A DNA stretch of 64,000 bases, taken from positions 1 through 64,000 of the IMG/VR virus record IMGVR_UViG_3300042477_000445; one strand, given 5' to 3'. Positions 1 through 10,128 of the stretch are shown here, one piece after another. Below the pieces are notes generated by a model. The model ran no database searches, was not told the origin of the DNA, and worked only from the letters and a program-made list of their open reading frames with translations. Made by a program: the position numbers and the translations under genes. Each line of letters starts with the position of its first letter. Within the stretch, counting starts at the first letter, position 1. The DNA comes from an uncultured virus (IMG/VR IMGVR_UViG_3300042477_000445) (Duplodnaviria; Heunggongvirae; Uroviricota; Caudoviricetes).

Positions 1-1
1 T

Positions 2-241
2 AATAAAATGTGTATAATTAGAACTTTTTTTGGAAATGATAAAAAAGAATACTGTCTTAAAAATAATGCTAAAGAAAGTTATTTGATAAGAGAATTTGAT
101 ACTGATAATTTTTTAAATTTAATCAATAATGATTGGAGCATTTCTTTTCAAGAAGATTTGGCTACAAAAGGAATAGAAAAGCTTATTTGTAATGATAAAA
201 ATATATTAAGAAAACAAAAGGTATTAATTTTAAAAAAATGA
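2..241 (+). CDS. 3' part of an upstream gene (frame open to the window edge), unknown function
   Basis: No in-frame stop before the ATG at 8; stop overlaps the next start (ATGA 238-241). Confidence 0.5.
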   Translation, partial: NKMCIIRTFFGNDKKEYCLKNNAKESYLIREFDTDNFLNLINNDWSISFQEDLATKGIEKLICNDKNILRKQKVLILKK

Positions 242-918
242 ATTGTCTAATATTAGCCAGAGGAGGAAGCAAAGGAGTTCCTGGTAAAAATATAAAATTA
301 TTAAATAATAAACCTCTTATAGCTTATCCGATAGAAGCGGCTATAAAATCCGAATATATAGATAACATTTATGTGTCAACAGATTCCGAAGAGATTGCAA
401 AAATAGCAATGAAATTTGGGGCAAAAATAATAGAGAGGCCGAAAGACTTGGCATCAGACAATTCATTAGATATTGATTCTTTTGTACATGCTGTTAAATA
501 TCTGAACGATTATCGAGACATTGTTCAGCTTAGAGCTACTACTCCAATACTAGATCCAAAAATAATAGATAAAGGAATAAATTTTTTCTTAGAAAATGAA
601 TTAGAATGTTCTTCTTTAAGATCTGCTCATGAATTTTCAGAATCTGTTTACAAATTTTTTAAACAAGATGGGAAATATTGGACAGGATTTTTTCCAGAAT
701 TATCTGGCGAATATTATAATATGCCAAGACAAAGTTTTCCGAAATCGTATCTTCCTAATGGATACATTGATATAGTCAGGCCTAAGATTTTTATGGATAA
801 AAAAACATTTCATGGAGACAAAATATTATCGTTTATAACCCCATACGCAATAGAAGTTGATACAGAGGAAGATTTTAAAAGATTAGAGGCAAAATATTCT
901 AATGATAAGCAAATATAG
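238..918 (+). CDS. Acylneuraminate (CMP-nonulosonic acid) cytidylyltransferase, NeuA/PseF/LegF family
   Basis: N-terminal ILARGGSKGVPGKNIK, then VSTDS, PRQ, NGYI and EVDT-DF motifs. Confidence 0.93.
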   Translation: MNCLILARGGSKGVPGKNIKLLNNKPLIAYPIEAAIKSEYIDNIYVSTDSEEIAKIAMKFGAKIIERPKDLASDNSLDIDSFVHAVKYLNDYRDIVQLRATTPILDPKIIDKGINFFLENELECSSLRSAHEFSESVYKFFKQDGKYWTGFFPELSGEYYNMPRQSFPKSYLPNGYIDIVRPKIFMDKKTFHGDKILSFITPYAIEVDTEEDFKRLEAKYSNDKQI

Positions 919-2179
919 AAAAATTAATAAAGATTTTAAATTAATTGAAACAAAATATGATAAAGATCGTAAAAAAAATGAACCGTCTTGTATAAGAAAT
1001 ACATTACCAATAATTTGGAATAAAGCTAAGAATTTTGTTGTTTATGACGAAGAAGATAATTCTTGGATAGATATGACATCTGGAATCTTTGTATCAAACG
1101 CTGGACATGCTAATAAAAAAATTGGTAAAGCAATAAAAAAACAAATAGATTCTGAGCTTTACTTCTCTTTTCTATATGATACAAAGATAAGAAATGATTT
1201 AATTAATAAGATTTTAGATATTTCTCCAAAATACTTTAATAAAGTTGTTTTAGCTAGTACCGGAACAGAAGCTACTGATTTATCTTATAAATTAATAAAA
1301 TATTGGGCTAAAAATAATAATAAAAAATATATTGTGACATTTAGAGGTAGTTATCATGGTAGAGCTTTAAGTTGCGATTTATTTAGTGGAAATGAAAAAA
1401 GCTCTGATTGGGCAAGAGTAACAGATGAAGAGATAGTATTTATTGATTTTCCATACGATCAATCTTCGGAATTTAATCCGAAGGATTTACCGCCAGCAAA
1501 TGAAATTGCAGCTTTTTTTTTAGAAACATATCAAGGATGGGGAGCTTGGATGTATCCAAAAAAATACATCAAAGAATTATATGACTTTGCTAGACAAAAT
1601 GGAGCGTTGGTATGTTTTGATGAGATACAATCTGGTTTTTATAGAATGGGCACTCTTTATGGTTATGAAACATATGGAGAATATTTACAACCGGATTTAA
1701 TTTGCGTTGGTAAAGGTATTACATCATCGCTTCCTTTATCTGCTGTTATAACAAAGAAAGAACTTACTGAGAATAATATTAATATGGGTTTGGGGGGAAC
1801 ACATTCTGGTAATCCATTGTGTTGTGCAGCTGCTATGGCTAATCTAGATTTTTTAACAAATAAAAAGTTTCAAAAAAAATTAGCAAATAATGTTGATATT
1901 TTTGAAGAATGTTGTTATAGTTTATTAAATATTGATATAGTAAAGAATATCAATGTTAAAGGTATGGTAGCGGGATTAATTTTTAAAGATGCAGAAATTG
2001 CCGACAAAATAGTTTTTGAATGTGTATACAATGGTGTGTTGCCGGTAAGAACATATAAAAATTCAATTAAGTTAGCTCCTCCTCTTACGATTAATAAGGA
2101 AGCAATTTTAGAAAGTTTTAACGTTATTAAAGATGCTATAATTAAGGTACAATCAGAATGTTTAGACACGTTGGAATAG
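902..2179 (+). CDS. Class III PLP-dependent aminotransferase
   Basis: GHAN, STGTEA, SYHGR, FDEIQSGFYRMG, PDLICVGKG (PLP Lys), THSGNPL motifs. Confidence 0.92.
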   Translation: MISKYRKINKDFKLIETKYDKDRKKNEPSCIRNTLPIIWNKAKNFVVYDEEDNSWIDMTSGIFVSNAGHANKKIGKAIKKQIDSELYFSFLYDTKIRNDLINKILDISPKYFNKVVLASTGTEATDLSYKLIKYWAKNNNKKYIVTFRGSYHGRALSCDLFSGNEKSSDWARVTDEEIVFIDFPYDQSSEFNPKDLPPANEIAAFFLETYQGWGAWMYPKKYIKELYDFARQNGALVCFDEIQSGFYRMGTLYGYETYGEYLQPDLICVGKGITSSLPLSAVITKKELTENNINMGLGGTHSGNPLCCAAAMANLDFLTNKKFQKKLANNVDIFEECCYSLLNIDIVKNINVKGMVAGLIFKDAEIADKIVFECVYNGVLPVRTYKNSIKLAPPLTINKEAILESFNVIKDAIIKVQSECLDTLE

Positions 2180-2571
2180 TTGTAAAAGATCTAGAAAAGC
2201 AATTAAAATTTTATAGGGATTTACTTAGCCTAGAAGTATATTATAGTGAAGTAGAAAAAGGATATTTTTTAGAAAACTTAATAGGCGTAGAAGGAGCTTC
2301 GCCCTTAATATATAAGCTTGGAAAAAATAATAAAATTATTGTTGAATTGTTGTTTTTTGGGAATGGAAATGAAGTAGAAAAAAAAATAACAACATATGGT
2401 TTAACTCATTTCGCAATTAATGTTGATGATATAGAGAAACTTTATATGCAAATGATAGACAGCGGAATAAAATTTATAAGTGCTCCATTGTTATCAAATG
2501 ATAAAAAAGTAAAAGTATGTTTTTGCCAAGATTATGAATCAAATTATATAGAATTAGTTGAGGTTTTATAA
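2158..2571 (+). CDS. VOC/glyoxalase family protein
   Basis: RHVGIVVKDLE, VELL, THFAINVDDI and C-terminal D-E-NYIELVE pattern. Confidence 0.88.
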   Translation: MFRHVGIVVKDLEKQLKFYRDLLSLEVYYSEVEKGYFLENLIGVEGASPLIYKLGKNNKIIVELLFFGNGNEVEKKITTYGLTHFAINVDDIEKLYMQMIDSGIKFISAPLLSNDKKVKVCFCQDYESNYIELVEVL

Positions 2572-2575
2572 TAAA

Positions 2576-3352
2576 ATGAAATTGGGAATTATTCAAGGTA
2601 GATTAAGTGCTCCTGTAAATAACCATATACAAGAATTTCCGTATGAAAAATGGAGAGAAGAATTTAATTTATTAAATAAATTAAATTTAAATCATGTTGA
2701 GTGGATAATAACTAAAGATAGCTATAATACAAATCCGTTATTTAATAGTGATCTTAAAAATTTTAAAATTAGTTCAATATGTTGTGATCATATAATTGAC
2801 GATAAAATCGAAATTTTTTCTTACCTATATGACAATTTATTAAATGTGTGTAAATTTGCTACTAAAAATAACATAAATTATATAAGCATCCCTTTACTAG
2901 AACAAAGTAATATGGAGTCGGACACCAGAAGAAATGAATTTATAAAGTCTATATTAAAAATCAAAGAATTAACCGGAGATACTAAATTTATTTTTGAAAC
3001 AGAGCTAACACCAGAAAAATCTTTAGAAATAGTAAGCTCACATAAAGATTTTTATATTACATATGATACTGGTAATGTTAATTCATATCTAAAAGAACAT
3101 GAAAAATATATTAAAATTTTGCAACATAAAATTATAAATGTTCATCTTAAAGATAGAACTTTTGATGCCAAAACTGTTATTCCTTTTACTGGTGATACAA
3201 ATTTTGATCAAATATTTAAATTTTTAAAGGAAATAAATTATAATTCAATGTATACTCTTCAAATAGCAAGAGGAATTACTGGACAAGAAGAAGCGCATAT
3301 TATATACTACAAAAATAAATTTAAGGAATTACATGATAAATACTTTATTTAA
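2576..3352 (+). CDS. Sugar phosphate isomerase/epimerase, xylose-isomerase-like TIM barrel
   Basis: MKLGIIQGRLS start, FETE, YDTGN, NVHLKDR, GDTNF metal-binding motifs. Confidence 0.85.
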   Translation: MKLGIIQGRLSAPVNNHIQEFPYEKWREEFNLLNKLNLNHVEWIITKDSYNTNPLFNSDLKNFKISSICCDHIIDDKIEIFSYLYDNLLNVCKFATKNNINYISIPLLEQSNMESDTRRNEFIKSILKIKELTGDTKFIFETELTPEKSLEIVSSHKDFYITYDTGNVNSYLKEHEKYIKILQHKIINVHLKDRTFDAKTVIPFTGDTNFDQIFKFLKEINYNSMYTLQIARGITGQEEAHIIYYKNKFKELHDKYFI

Positions 3353-4148
3353 TTTGTCTGGTAAAACAGCATTTATAACCGGTGGTGGCGGATTACTTGG
3401 ACCCAAACATGCAGAAGCAATTATAGAATGTGGAGGTAATGTAATTTTATGTGATATTGATCATAATACAAAATTAGTAGCAGATAATTTGAATAACAAA
3501 TATAATAGAGAATGTGCTACATTTGTATATGGAGATGTTTGTAATAAGTTATCGATAGAAAAAGCTCTTGAAAGCATAGATAAAATAGATATCTTAATTA
3601 ATAATGCAGCAAAAGATCCGAAAGTAAAAAAAGATAATAATATTAATGTAGAGACTAGGTTTGAAACAATGTCACAGGAATATTGGCAGGAAGGAATAGA
3701 CGCCATTATTAATGGAACTTTTATTTGTTCGCAAGCCGTTTGTAATAAGATGCTACAAACAGGAGGAGGAGTTATTTTAAATATTGCATCAGATTTATCA
3801 GTAATTGCTCCTGATCAAAGGATTTATAAAAAAGAAAATCTTAAAGATGATCAGCAACCTGTAAAACCAATAACATATTCTGCGGCAAAATATGCAGTAG
3901 TTGGAATGACAAAATATCTTGCAGTTTATTTTGCCGATAAAAATATAAGAGTAAACTGTTTAAGCCCAACTGGTGTATATAACGATCACCCAGAAGAATT
4001 TGTATCTAAACTTTCTAATATAATTCCAATGAGAAGAATGGCAGATATAGACGAATACAAGGGAGCAGTTGCTTTTATGTGCTCTAATGCCAGTAGTTAT
4101 ATGACTGGACATAATCTTATAATTGATGGTGGAAAGACGGTCTGGTAA
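3333..4148 (+). CDS. Short-chain dehydrogenase/reductase (PtmA-like)
   Basis: TGGGGLLG, NNAA, YSAAK, IRVNCLSP, YMTGHNLIIDGG. Confidence 0.92.
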   Translation: MINTLFNLSGKTAFITGGGGLLGPKHAEAIIECGGNVILCDIDHNTKLVADNLNNKYNRECATFVYGDVCNKLSIEKALESIDKIDILINNAAKDPKVKKDNNINVETRFETMSQEYWQEGIDAIINGTFICSQAVCNKMLQTGGGVILNIASDLSVIAPDQRIYKKENLKDDQQPVKPITYSAAKYAVVGMTKYLAVYFADKNIRVNCLSPTGVYNDHPEEFVSKLSNIIPMRRMADIDEYKGAVAFMCSNASSYMTGHNLIIDGGKTVW

Positions 4149-4990
4149 TGTTAAAATTAGATTACAAACAAATATTAGATAAAAATAAAAATATGCCTGC
4201 CTTTGTTTGCGCTCACGGTCCTAGCTTGAAAAAATATGCAAAGATTATAGAAGAAAAACAAGAAGAGGGTTTTATAAGAGTTTCGGTTAATGATTGGTGG
4301 AATTTTTTCAAAATGCCCCCAGATTATTGCTGTTTAGCAAACTCTGAATTAACAATAGATAAATATATCAATAGAGATGATACAAAAGATGTTATGTTTT
4401 TTTATGCTGATTCTGTTGATGGTACAGGTAGAAAAAAAATAATAGATTCTAAATTAAATGTATTTGGATATGATCAGCGACATTTTAAAAATAAAGATTG
4501 TAAATTGATTATTGAGGATTATTTAAGTTTTAAAGATAAAAGCAATTTTTTAGAATATGGAAATAATAATATAATGTGGCACGACGGGAGAGATGCACCA
4601 GAAGTGGGATTTGCTGGATTTAACCAGTTTGGATATTGTTGCACGCAAAAAATAACTAATAGACCAACTGTGCAAGAATATTTACAAAAAATTTCTAAAA
4701 CAAAACAACATTATAGTACCGGAGATACTGTAGCATTACATGCTATTTCTTTTGCAATAATTTTAGGGCTTAATCCAATATATGTATGCGGATTAGATTT
4801 AAATTATAAACTTGGCTATGCAAATGGCAATAGTTGTCCATATCAAGATGATGAATGGAATAAATTTAAAAATAATACATTAAATGACTTAAATATACTT
4901 AATGAATCTGCAGCAAATAGGGAAATAAAAATTATAAATTTAACTCAAAATCCTTGGTATGGTAATATATTTGAAATTGGAGAAATATGA
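4148..4990 (+). CDS. Maf/DUF115 (MptE-like) family protein, candidate glycosyltransferase
   Basis: AFVCAHGPSL, SVN and TVALHAISFAIILGLNPIYVCGLD motifs typical of this fold. Confidence 0.7.
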   Translation: MLKLDYKQILDKNKNMPAFVCAHGPSLKKYAKIIEEKQEEGFIRVSVNDWWNFFKMPPDYCCLANSELTIDKYINRDDTKDVMFFYADSVDGTGRKKIIDSKLNVFGYDQRHFKNKDCKLIIEDYLSFKDKSNFLEYGNNNIMWHDGRDAPEVGFAGFNQFGYCCTQKITNRPTVQEYLQKISKTKQHYSTGDTVALHAISFAIILGLNPIYVCGLDLNYKLGYANGNSCPYQDDEWNKFKNNTLNDLNILNESAANREIKIINLTQNPWYGNIFEIGEI

Positions 4991-5301
4991 TTATTTATGT
5001 TGACATAGACGAAACTATTTGTGAGAATGAAGAAAGTAGGGATTATTCCAAAGCACTTCCAATTAAAGAAAATATAAAAAAAATAAATAAATTATATGAC
5101 GAAGGTAACACAATAATTTATTGGACAGCCAGAGGAACCACAACTCAAATAGACTGGTCAGAAATTACAAAAAAACAGTTTATTGATTGGGGAGTCAAAT
5201 ATCATGATTTAAAATTTGGAAAGCCATATTATGATTTGTTTGTTTGTGATAAAGCTATAAATTCTAATTTATTTTTCAAAGGAGAAAAATATGCCCATTA
5301 A
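4987..5301 (+). CDS. Small HAD-superfamily (capsule-biosynthesis type) phosphatase
   Basis: YVDIDETI, YWTARG, FGKP, DDK-like CDKA motifs. Confidence 0.85.
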   Translation: MIIYVDIDETICENEESRDYSKALPIKENIKKINKLYDEGNTIIYWTARGTTTQIDWSEITKKQFIDWGVKYHDLKFGKPYYDLFVCDKAINSNLFFKGEKYAH

Positions 5302-5861
5302 TTTTGATATTAAAAAATATTCAAAAAATAAAAAAGTTTATATAGAAACAGGATTTTTTAAAGGAGAATCTACAGAAATAGCATTTAAAGCGAATTTTGA
5401 AGAAGTACATAGTTGTGATATAAATGAAGTTTTTTTAGAAGAAGGAAGAAAAAAATTTTCTCATGAAGTTTTAAATAAAAAATTATTTTTGCATTTTGGC
5501 AGATCAACTGATGTTCTAGAAAAAATCTTACAAGATTTAAATAACGAAGCAGTTTTTTCTAGATGCTCACGATATAACATATAAAGGAACAGAAACAGAA
5601 AAATGGAACGAACAAGATGCTTGTCCCATAATGCTTGAATTAAATTTAATTAAAGAACATAAAATCAAAAATCATACAATAATAATTGATGATATTAGGA
5701 TGTTTAGCTACGGATGTACACCTGGAACTTGGGCATACGAGAAAAGTATAACTCCAAAGCATTTATATAATAAATTAAAAGAAATAAATAAAAATTACCA
5801 TATTACACTAGAAGATGGCATTTGCGAAAGAGATGTTATGATTACTTATATAAGAGAATAA
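5291..5861 (+). pseudogene. Class I SAM-dependent methyltransferase-like gene split by a frameshift at a T6 run (5553-5558)
   Basis: ORF 5291-5584 (IETGFFKG) continues in another frame as LDAHDITYKG...CPIMLEL...IIIDDIRMF, joining ORF 5631-5861. Confidence 0.75.
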
Positions 5862-5864
5862 AAT

Positions 5865-6773
5865 ATGAAAAATTTTTTAATTACCGGCGGTTCTGGCATG
5901 GTAGGAAATGCCTTTAAAAATCTCCTACCAAACGCAGAGTATATATCAAAAGAACAACTACATGATTTTTCTTATATCATAAAAGATAAATTTATTATTC
6001 ATTTAGCAGCTAAAGTCGGAGGCGTAAAAGCTAATACAGATTTTGTTTCAGATTTTTATACGTATAACTCAGAGATAAATCAAAAAGTATTAGATTACGC
6101 GAGGATTGGTAAAGCCAAGAAAGTTGTCTCACTTCTTTCTACTTGTGTATACCCAGATGCACTATATGTAACCTATCCCCTTACGGAAAATCAGTTGCAC
6201 ATGGGACCACCACATGAATCGAATTTTGGTTATGCATATGCTAAAAGAATGGTTGATGTTATGTCTAGAGCCTACAGGCAACAGTATGGCTGTAATTTTA
6301 TAACAGCTATTCCAAATAATCTTTACGGAGAAAATGACAATTTTGATTTAGAAAATAGCCATGTTCTACCAGCTTTGATTCGTAAAATTTGGGAAGCAAA
6401 AATAAATAATCAGCACTCAGTTGAGGTTTGGGGCGATGGATCACCCTTGAGAGAGTTTACATATTCAGAGGATATAGTGAAAATTCTCATTTTTCTTCTT
6501 GAAAATTATAATGAGTCAGAACCAATTAACATAGGAAATACAGAAGAATACTCCATAAAAGAGGTTGTTCAGTTGTTATGCGAATTATTGAATTATGATG
6601 GAAAAATAAATTGGAACATAAACAAACCAAATGGGCAGTATAGAAAGCCAAGTAGTAATAAAAAACTACTTGATTTAGGCTGGGAAAAAGAAAACTATAC
6701 CTCTCTAAAAGAAGGACTAAAAAAAACTTGTGATTGGTTTATAATAAATTATCCAAATGTAAGAGGAATATGA
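5865..6773 (+). CDS. fcl: GDP-L-fucose synthase
   Basis: TGGSGMVG, HLAAKVGG, STCVYP, YAYAK, PNNLYG-NDNF, SHVLPAL, WGDGSPLREF. Confidence 0.95.
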   Translation: MKNFLITGGSGMVGNAFKNLLPNAEYISKEQLHDFSYIIKDKFIIHLAAKVGGVKANTDFVSDFYTYNSEINQKVLDYARIGKAKKVVSLLSTCVYPDALYVTYPLTENQLHMGPPHESNFGYAYAKRMVDVMSRAYRQQYGCNFITAIPNNLYGENDNFDLENSHVLPALIRKIWEAKINNQHSVEVWGDGSPLREFTYSEDIVKILIFLLENYNESEPINIGNTEEYSIKEVVQLLCELLNYDGKINWNINKPNGQYRKPSSNKKLLDLGWEKENYTSLKEGLKKTCDWFIINYPNVRGI

Positions 6774-7762
6774 AGACAGCTTTTATAACGGGCATAACTG
6801 GTCAAGATGGTTCATACTTAGCAGAACTATTGCTAAATAAGGGATATAAAATAATAGGTTTAAAAAGAAGAACATCACTTATTTGCACTGACAGAATTGA
6901 TCATGTGTTTGAAAATTCTAATTTTAAACTCGAATACTTCGATTTAAATGATGTTGGAAGTATTTATCGCTTACTTCTACAGTATAAACCCGATGAATTT
7001 TATAATTTGGCTGCTCAATCACATGTTAAAGTGTCGTTTGAGTTGCCAGAAAACACCGTTGACGGTATTGCAATGGGCACCATGCGCCTTCTTGAAGCTG
7101 TTAGGAATGTTCATCCAACTTGTAAATTTTATCAAGCATCATCCTCAGAAATGTATGGAGATAATCCAAACTATCCCTATAATGAGGAATCAAGATTTAT
7201 GCCAGCTTCTCCATATGCGAATGCAAAAGTTTTTGCACATCAGCTCATGAGAAACTACCGAAAATCCTATGGTATGTTTTGCTGTGGTGGTATTCTTTTT
7301 AATCACGAATCACCACGTAGAGGCGAAACGTTTGTCACCCGAAAAATTACCATTGGAGCCGCCAAAATCGCCCTAGGAATTGAGAAAGAATTACGATTGG
7401 GTAATCTTGACGCTTACAGGGATTGGGGATTTGCGGGGGATTATGTTGAGGCTATGTGGTTGATGCTTCAACAAGAAGAAGCAGATGACTATGTAATAGC
7501 AACAGGAAAAACCTATTCAGTTAGAGAATTCTGTAAACTAGTGTTTGAATATGCAAGCTTAGGTGATTATCAAAACTATGTGGTACAAGATCCTAAGTAC
7601 TTTAGACCACACGAAGTCCCATATCTTCTTGGAAATCCATCTAAGGCAAAAGAAAAACTTGGGTGGGAACCAAAAACAGATATAAAAAATCTTGTAAAAA
7701 TGATGTATGATGAGGACTTCAATAGGATTAGAAATGAAATACGAATTATGGGAAATGGGTAG
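6770..7762 (+). CDS. gmd: GDP-mannose 4,6-dehydratase
   Basis: ITGITGQDGSYLAELLL, LAAQSHV, FYQASSSEM, LFNHESPRRGETFVTRKI, RDWG; ATGA overlap with fcl. Confidence 0.97.
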   Translation: MKTAFITGITGQDGSYLAELLLNKGYKIIGLKRRTSLICTDRIDHVFENSNFKLEYFDLNDVGSIYRLLLQYKPDEFYNLAAQSHVKVSFELPENTVDGIAMGTMRLLEAVRNVHPTCKFYQASSSEMYGDNPNYPYNEESRFMPASPYANAKVFAHQLMRNYRKSYGMFCCGGILFNHESPRRGETFVTRKITIGAAKIALGIEKELRLGNLDAYRDWGFAGDYVEAMWLMLQQEEADDYVIATGKTYSVREFCKLVFEYASLGDYQNYVVQDPKYFRPHEVPYLLGNPSKAKEKLGWEPKTDIKNLVKMMYDEDFNRIRNEIRIMGNG

Positions 7763-7892
7763 TTATGGTACTGGAGATTTCGAGCCATTATTATTAAATG
7801 AAAGATTTGATAATTTTATGGACGCATATTTTGCATTTCAAAAATTAATAAAAACCATACCTTGCTGTATTATATTGAACAAAGGAGTATAA
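7734..7892 (+). CDS. Hypothetical protein
   Basis: Short ORF with AGGA upstream, fits gene packing. Confidence 0.45.
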   Translation: MKYELWEMGSYGTGDFEPLLLNERFDNFMDAYFAFQKLIKTIPCCIILNKGV

Positions 7893-7893
7893 A

Positions 7894-8094
7894 ATGAACT
7901 ACAAAGTAAACGACATAATATACTTTAATGAGCAAGAATATGGCAAAATATTGGAAATTAAGTACAATAAAAAATATTGTTTTGAAGAAATTTTATTTGA
8001 AAATTTTATAACAAACAATAATGACATTTGTTATAAAAGAGATCTAAGAATAGATAAAAACAATAAATTACAATATTATCCACAAGGAGATTAA
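7894..8094 (+). CDS. Hypothetical protein
   Basis: AAGGAG ribosome-binding site, tight packing. Confidence 0.6.
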   Translation: MNYKVNDIIYFNEQEYGKILEIKYNKKYCFEEILFENFITNNNDICYKRDLRIDKNNKLQYYPQGD

Positions 8095-8095
8095 A

Positions 8096-8311
8096 ATGAA
8101 ATTAGCACCACAAGCACATGCAGCAATTATGATGTGTTTACAAAAATGTATTATGGAAGAAACAGACATTCGCCCACTACTGGACGATCTTGATTTTATT
8201 GTCGATGATGATCAACCAGAATTTCTAATTGTTACTAATCCGCCTACTTTTAAAGTAAGCGAAGAAGTAAAAGAAGTAGTTGAAGAAAAGGCATTCCAAT
8301 GGAAAGAGTAG
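8096..8311 (+). CDS. Hypothetical phage protein
   Basis: AAGGAG RBS, tight packing. Confidence 0.7.
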   Translation: MKLAPQAHAAIMMCLQKCIMEETDIRPLLDDLDFIVDDDQPEFLIVTNPPTFKVSEEVKEVVEEKAFQWKE

Positions 8312-8649
8312 AAAAACCTTGGGGTTATGAAATAATCTGGGCTAAAACTGATAAATATGTAGGAAAGATTATAAGGATCAATCCAGGACATAGACTGTCT
8401 TTACAATATCATGAAAATAAATTAGAGACAATATATGTTAATGAAGGAACGTTAGAATTAATTTTAAAAAATAATAATGATATTTTTTCTAATATTTTAA
8501 CAAAGGGGGAATCTTATCATATTCCAAATAAAATGATTCATAGATTTTCTTGTCCTGCTTGGTGCTCTAACGGAGTAGAGCTGATAGAAGTATCAACACC
8601 AGAATTAAATGATGTTATCAGATTAGAAGATAGTTATGGAAGGTCATGA
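8299..8649 (+). CDS. Cupin protein (mannose-6-phosphate isomerase type II C-terminal-like)
   Basis: EKPWG, LSLQYH--K-ET, HRF, LIEVST, DVIRLEDSYGR. Confidence 0.88.
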   Translation: MERVEKPWGYEIIWAKTDKYVGKIIRINPGHRLSLQYHENKLETIYVNEGTLELILKNNNDIFSNILTKGESYHIPNKMIHRFSCPAWCSNGVELIEVSTPELNDVIRLEDSYGRS

Positions 8650-8894
8650 TGCCAGCTTACGATTATAAATGTGATTCTTGTCAAAAAGAATGGGTAGAAA
8701 TTCATGGTTTTGATGAAAAGCCAGAAAAATGCCCATTTTGCGAAACAGGTGGATTTAAAAAAATTTATAAGTACACAGAAACAATAAACAAGCTTCAAGA
8801 AGCAATGCAAAATAAAACTGGTCAAAAAACCAGAGAATTTATTGAGCAGGCAAGACAGGATCTAAAAGAACATAAGGCAGAACAAAAAAGATGA
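8646..8894 (+). CDS. FmdB-family zinc-ribbon protein
   Basis: MPAYDYKCDSC ... CPFC. Confidence 0.85.
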   Translation: MMPAYDYKCDSCQKEWVEIHGFDEKPEKCPFCETGGFKKIYKYTETINKLQEAMQNKTGQKTREFIEQARQDLKEHKAEQKR

Positions 8895-9178
8895 TTTATT
8901 TTTTATTTGCAGTATCAACAATATTAAATGGATTTCTGGTTTGGTATTGTTATAATTTACTAAAAGACAGAGTCGCCTTAGTTGAATTATTTAAAGAGTT
9001 TAATCCTCTAATTAAAAAATACGAAGAGCATCTAACCTCTTTAACTAAAATGGAAATGTATTTTGGAGAACCAACTATTATGGCTCTTTTGGATCACACA
9101 AAAGAATTGAATAAAACACTAGACATTCTAGTTGAATCAATAGAGGTGGAAGAAGACGAGGATGACGAAAAAGAATAA
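8891..9178 (+). CDS. Hypothetical protein with N-terminal transmembrane segment
   Basis: Hydrophobic first ~22 aa, acidic C-terminus. Confidence 0.7.
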   Translation: MIYFLFAVSTILNGFLVWYCYNLLKDRVALVELFKEFNPLIKKYEEHLTSLTKMEMYFGEPTIMALLDHTKELNKTLDILVESIEVEEDEDDEKE

Positions 9179-9839
9179 TTATTATTTTACACAAGTTCAC
9201 GAAGATGCCATTATCAAATATGCTCTATCTGGCGACAGGATGGAGAGAACTAAGTTATACGTTCAGTTTATTCAACCAGCATTTGACGAAATGGTAGATA
9301 AAATTATCTTCACCTATAAATTTAATACACTACCAAACATAGATCAACTTCGTGATGAGTGTAAAATATGGCTTACTACAATCCTCGATAAATATGACAC
9401 ATCAAAAGGTTCTAAAGCATTTTCTTATTATTCAGTTATTACAAAAAACTGGTTTATTCAAAATGTAAAAAAGACCAACAAAGAAAGAAAAAGAGAATTA
9501 ACAATTGAAGATGCTGAGAAAGAGATAGACGAAGAAACAGACACAATACCAAATGATTATGAAGGAACAAGAGAAAACGACGAGTTTTGGTCTCATTTTA
9601 TGAATGAAATTAACTCATGGGAAAAATTAGACCTTAGAGAAAATGAAAGAAAAGTTTTAAATGCCATAATCCAAATATTTAATAACATAGATAATATAGA
9701 AATTTTTAATAAGAAGGCTATTTATTTATATATAAGAGAAATCACTGGACTAAACACAAAACAAGTTGTAAGTGGATTGTCTGGTATAAAATCAAAATAT
9801 AGAGTCTTTAAGGAAGAATGGGACGATGGCGAAATCTAA
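9162..9839 (+). CDS. Phage sigma factor, probably late sigma (T4 gp55-like)
   Basis: YYF N-terminus and KYDTSKGSKAFSYYSVITKNWFI, resembling sigma region 2 of gp55-type factors; lies just upstream of structural genes. Confidence 0.7.
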   Translation: MTKKNNYYFTQVHEDAIIKYALSGDRMERTKLYVQFIQPAFDEMVDKIIFTYKFNTLPNIDQLRDECKIWLTTILDKYDTSKGSKAFSYYSVITKNWFIQNVKKTNKERKRELTIEDAEKEIDEETDTIPNDYEGTRENDEFWSHFMNEINSWEKLDLRENERKVLNAIIQIFNNIDNIEIFNKKAIYLYIREITGLNTKQVVSGLSGIKSKYRVFKEEWDDGEI

Positions 9840-10122
9840 ACTAACAGATGCAGAATTATTAGAAGAAGCAATAACAAACATTAGAGAAGATCGTGGATTA
9901 ACCTATGAATTGATCAACGAGCTTCGAGCAGACTTAGTAGCGGCTAGAGTTTCACATAAAGAAGTTGGATTCACTGCTGCTAAATATATGGAAACCTTGC
10001 AAAGATCAAATGAACAATTAATCAAAGCAGTTGCCATAATGAAAAAAGAAAAAACAGCAAGCGAATCCCTTAGCATATCAGATGAAGAAGTTGACGAGAT
10101 ACTAGATATTATTAAGGGGTAA
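9826..10122 (+). CDS. Hypothetical helical phage protein
   Basis: ORF overlapping the sigma gene stop; helical composition. Confidence 0.7.
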   Translation: MAKSKLTDAELLEEAITNIREDRGLTYELINELRADLVAARVSHKEVGFTAAKYMETLQRSNEQLIKAVAIMKKEKTASESLSISDEEVDEILDIIKG

Positions 10123-10128
10123 TAATGA

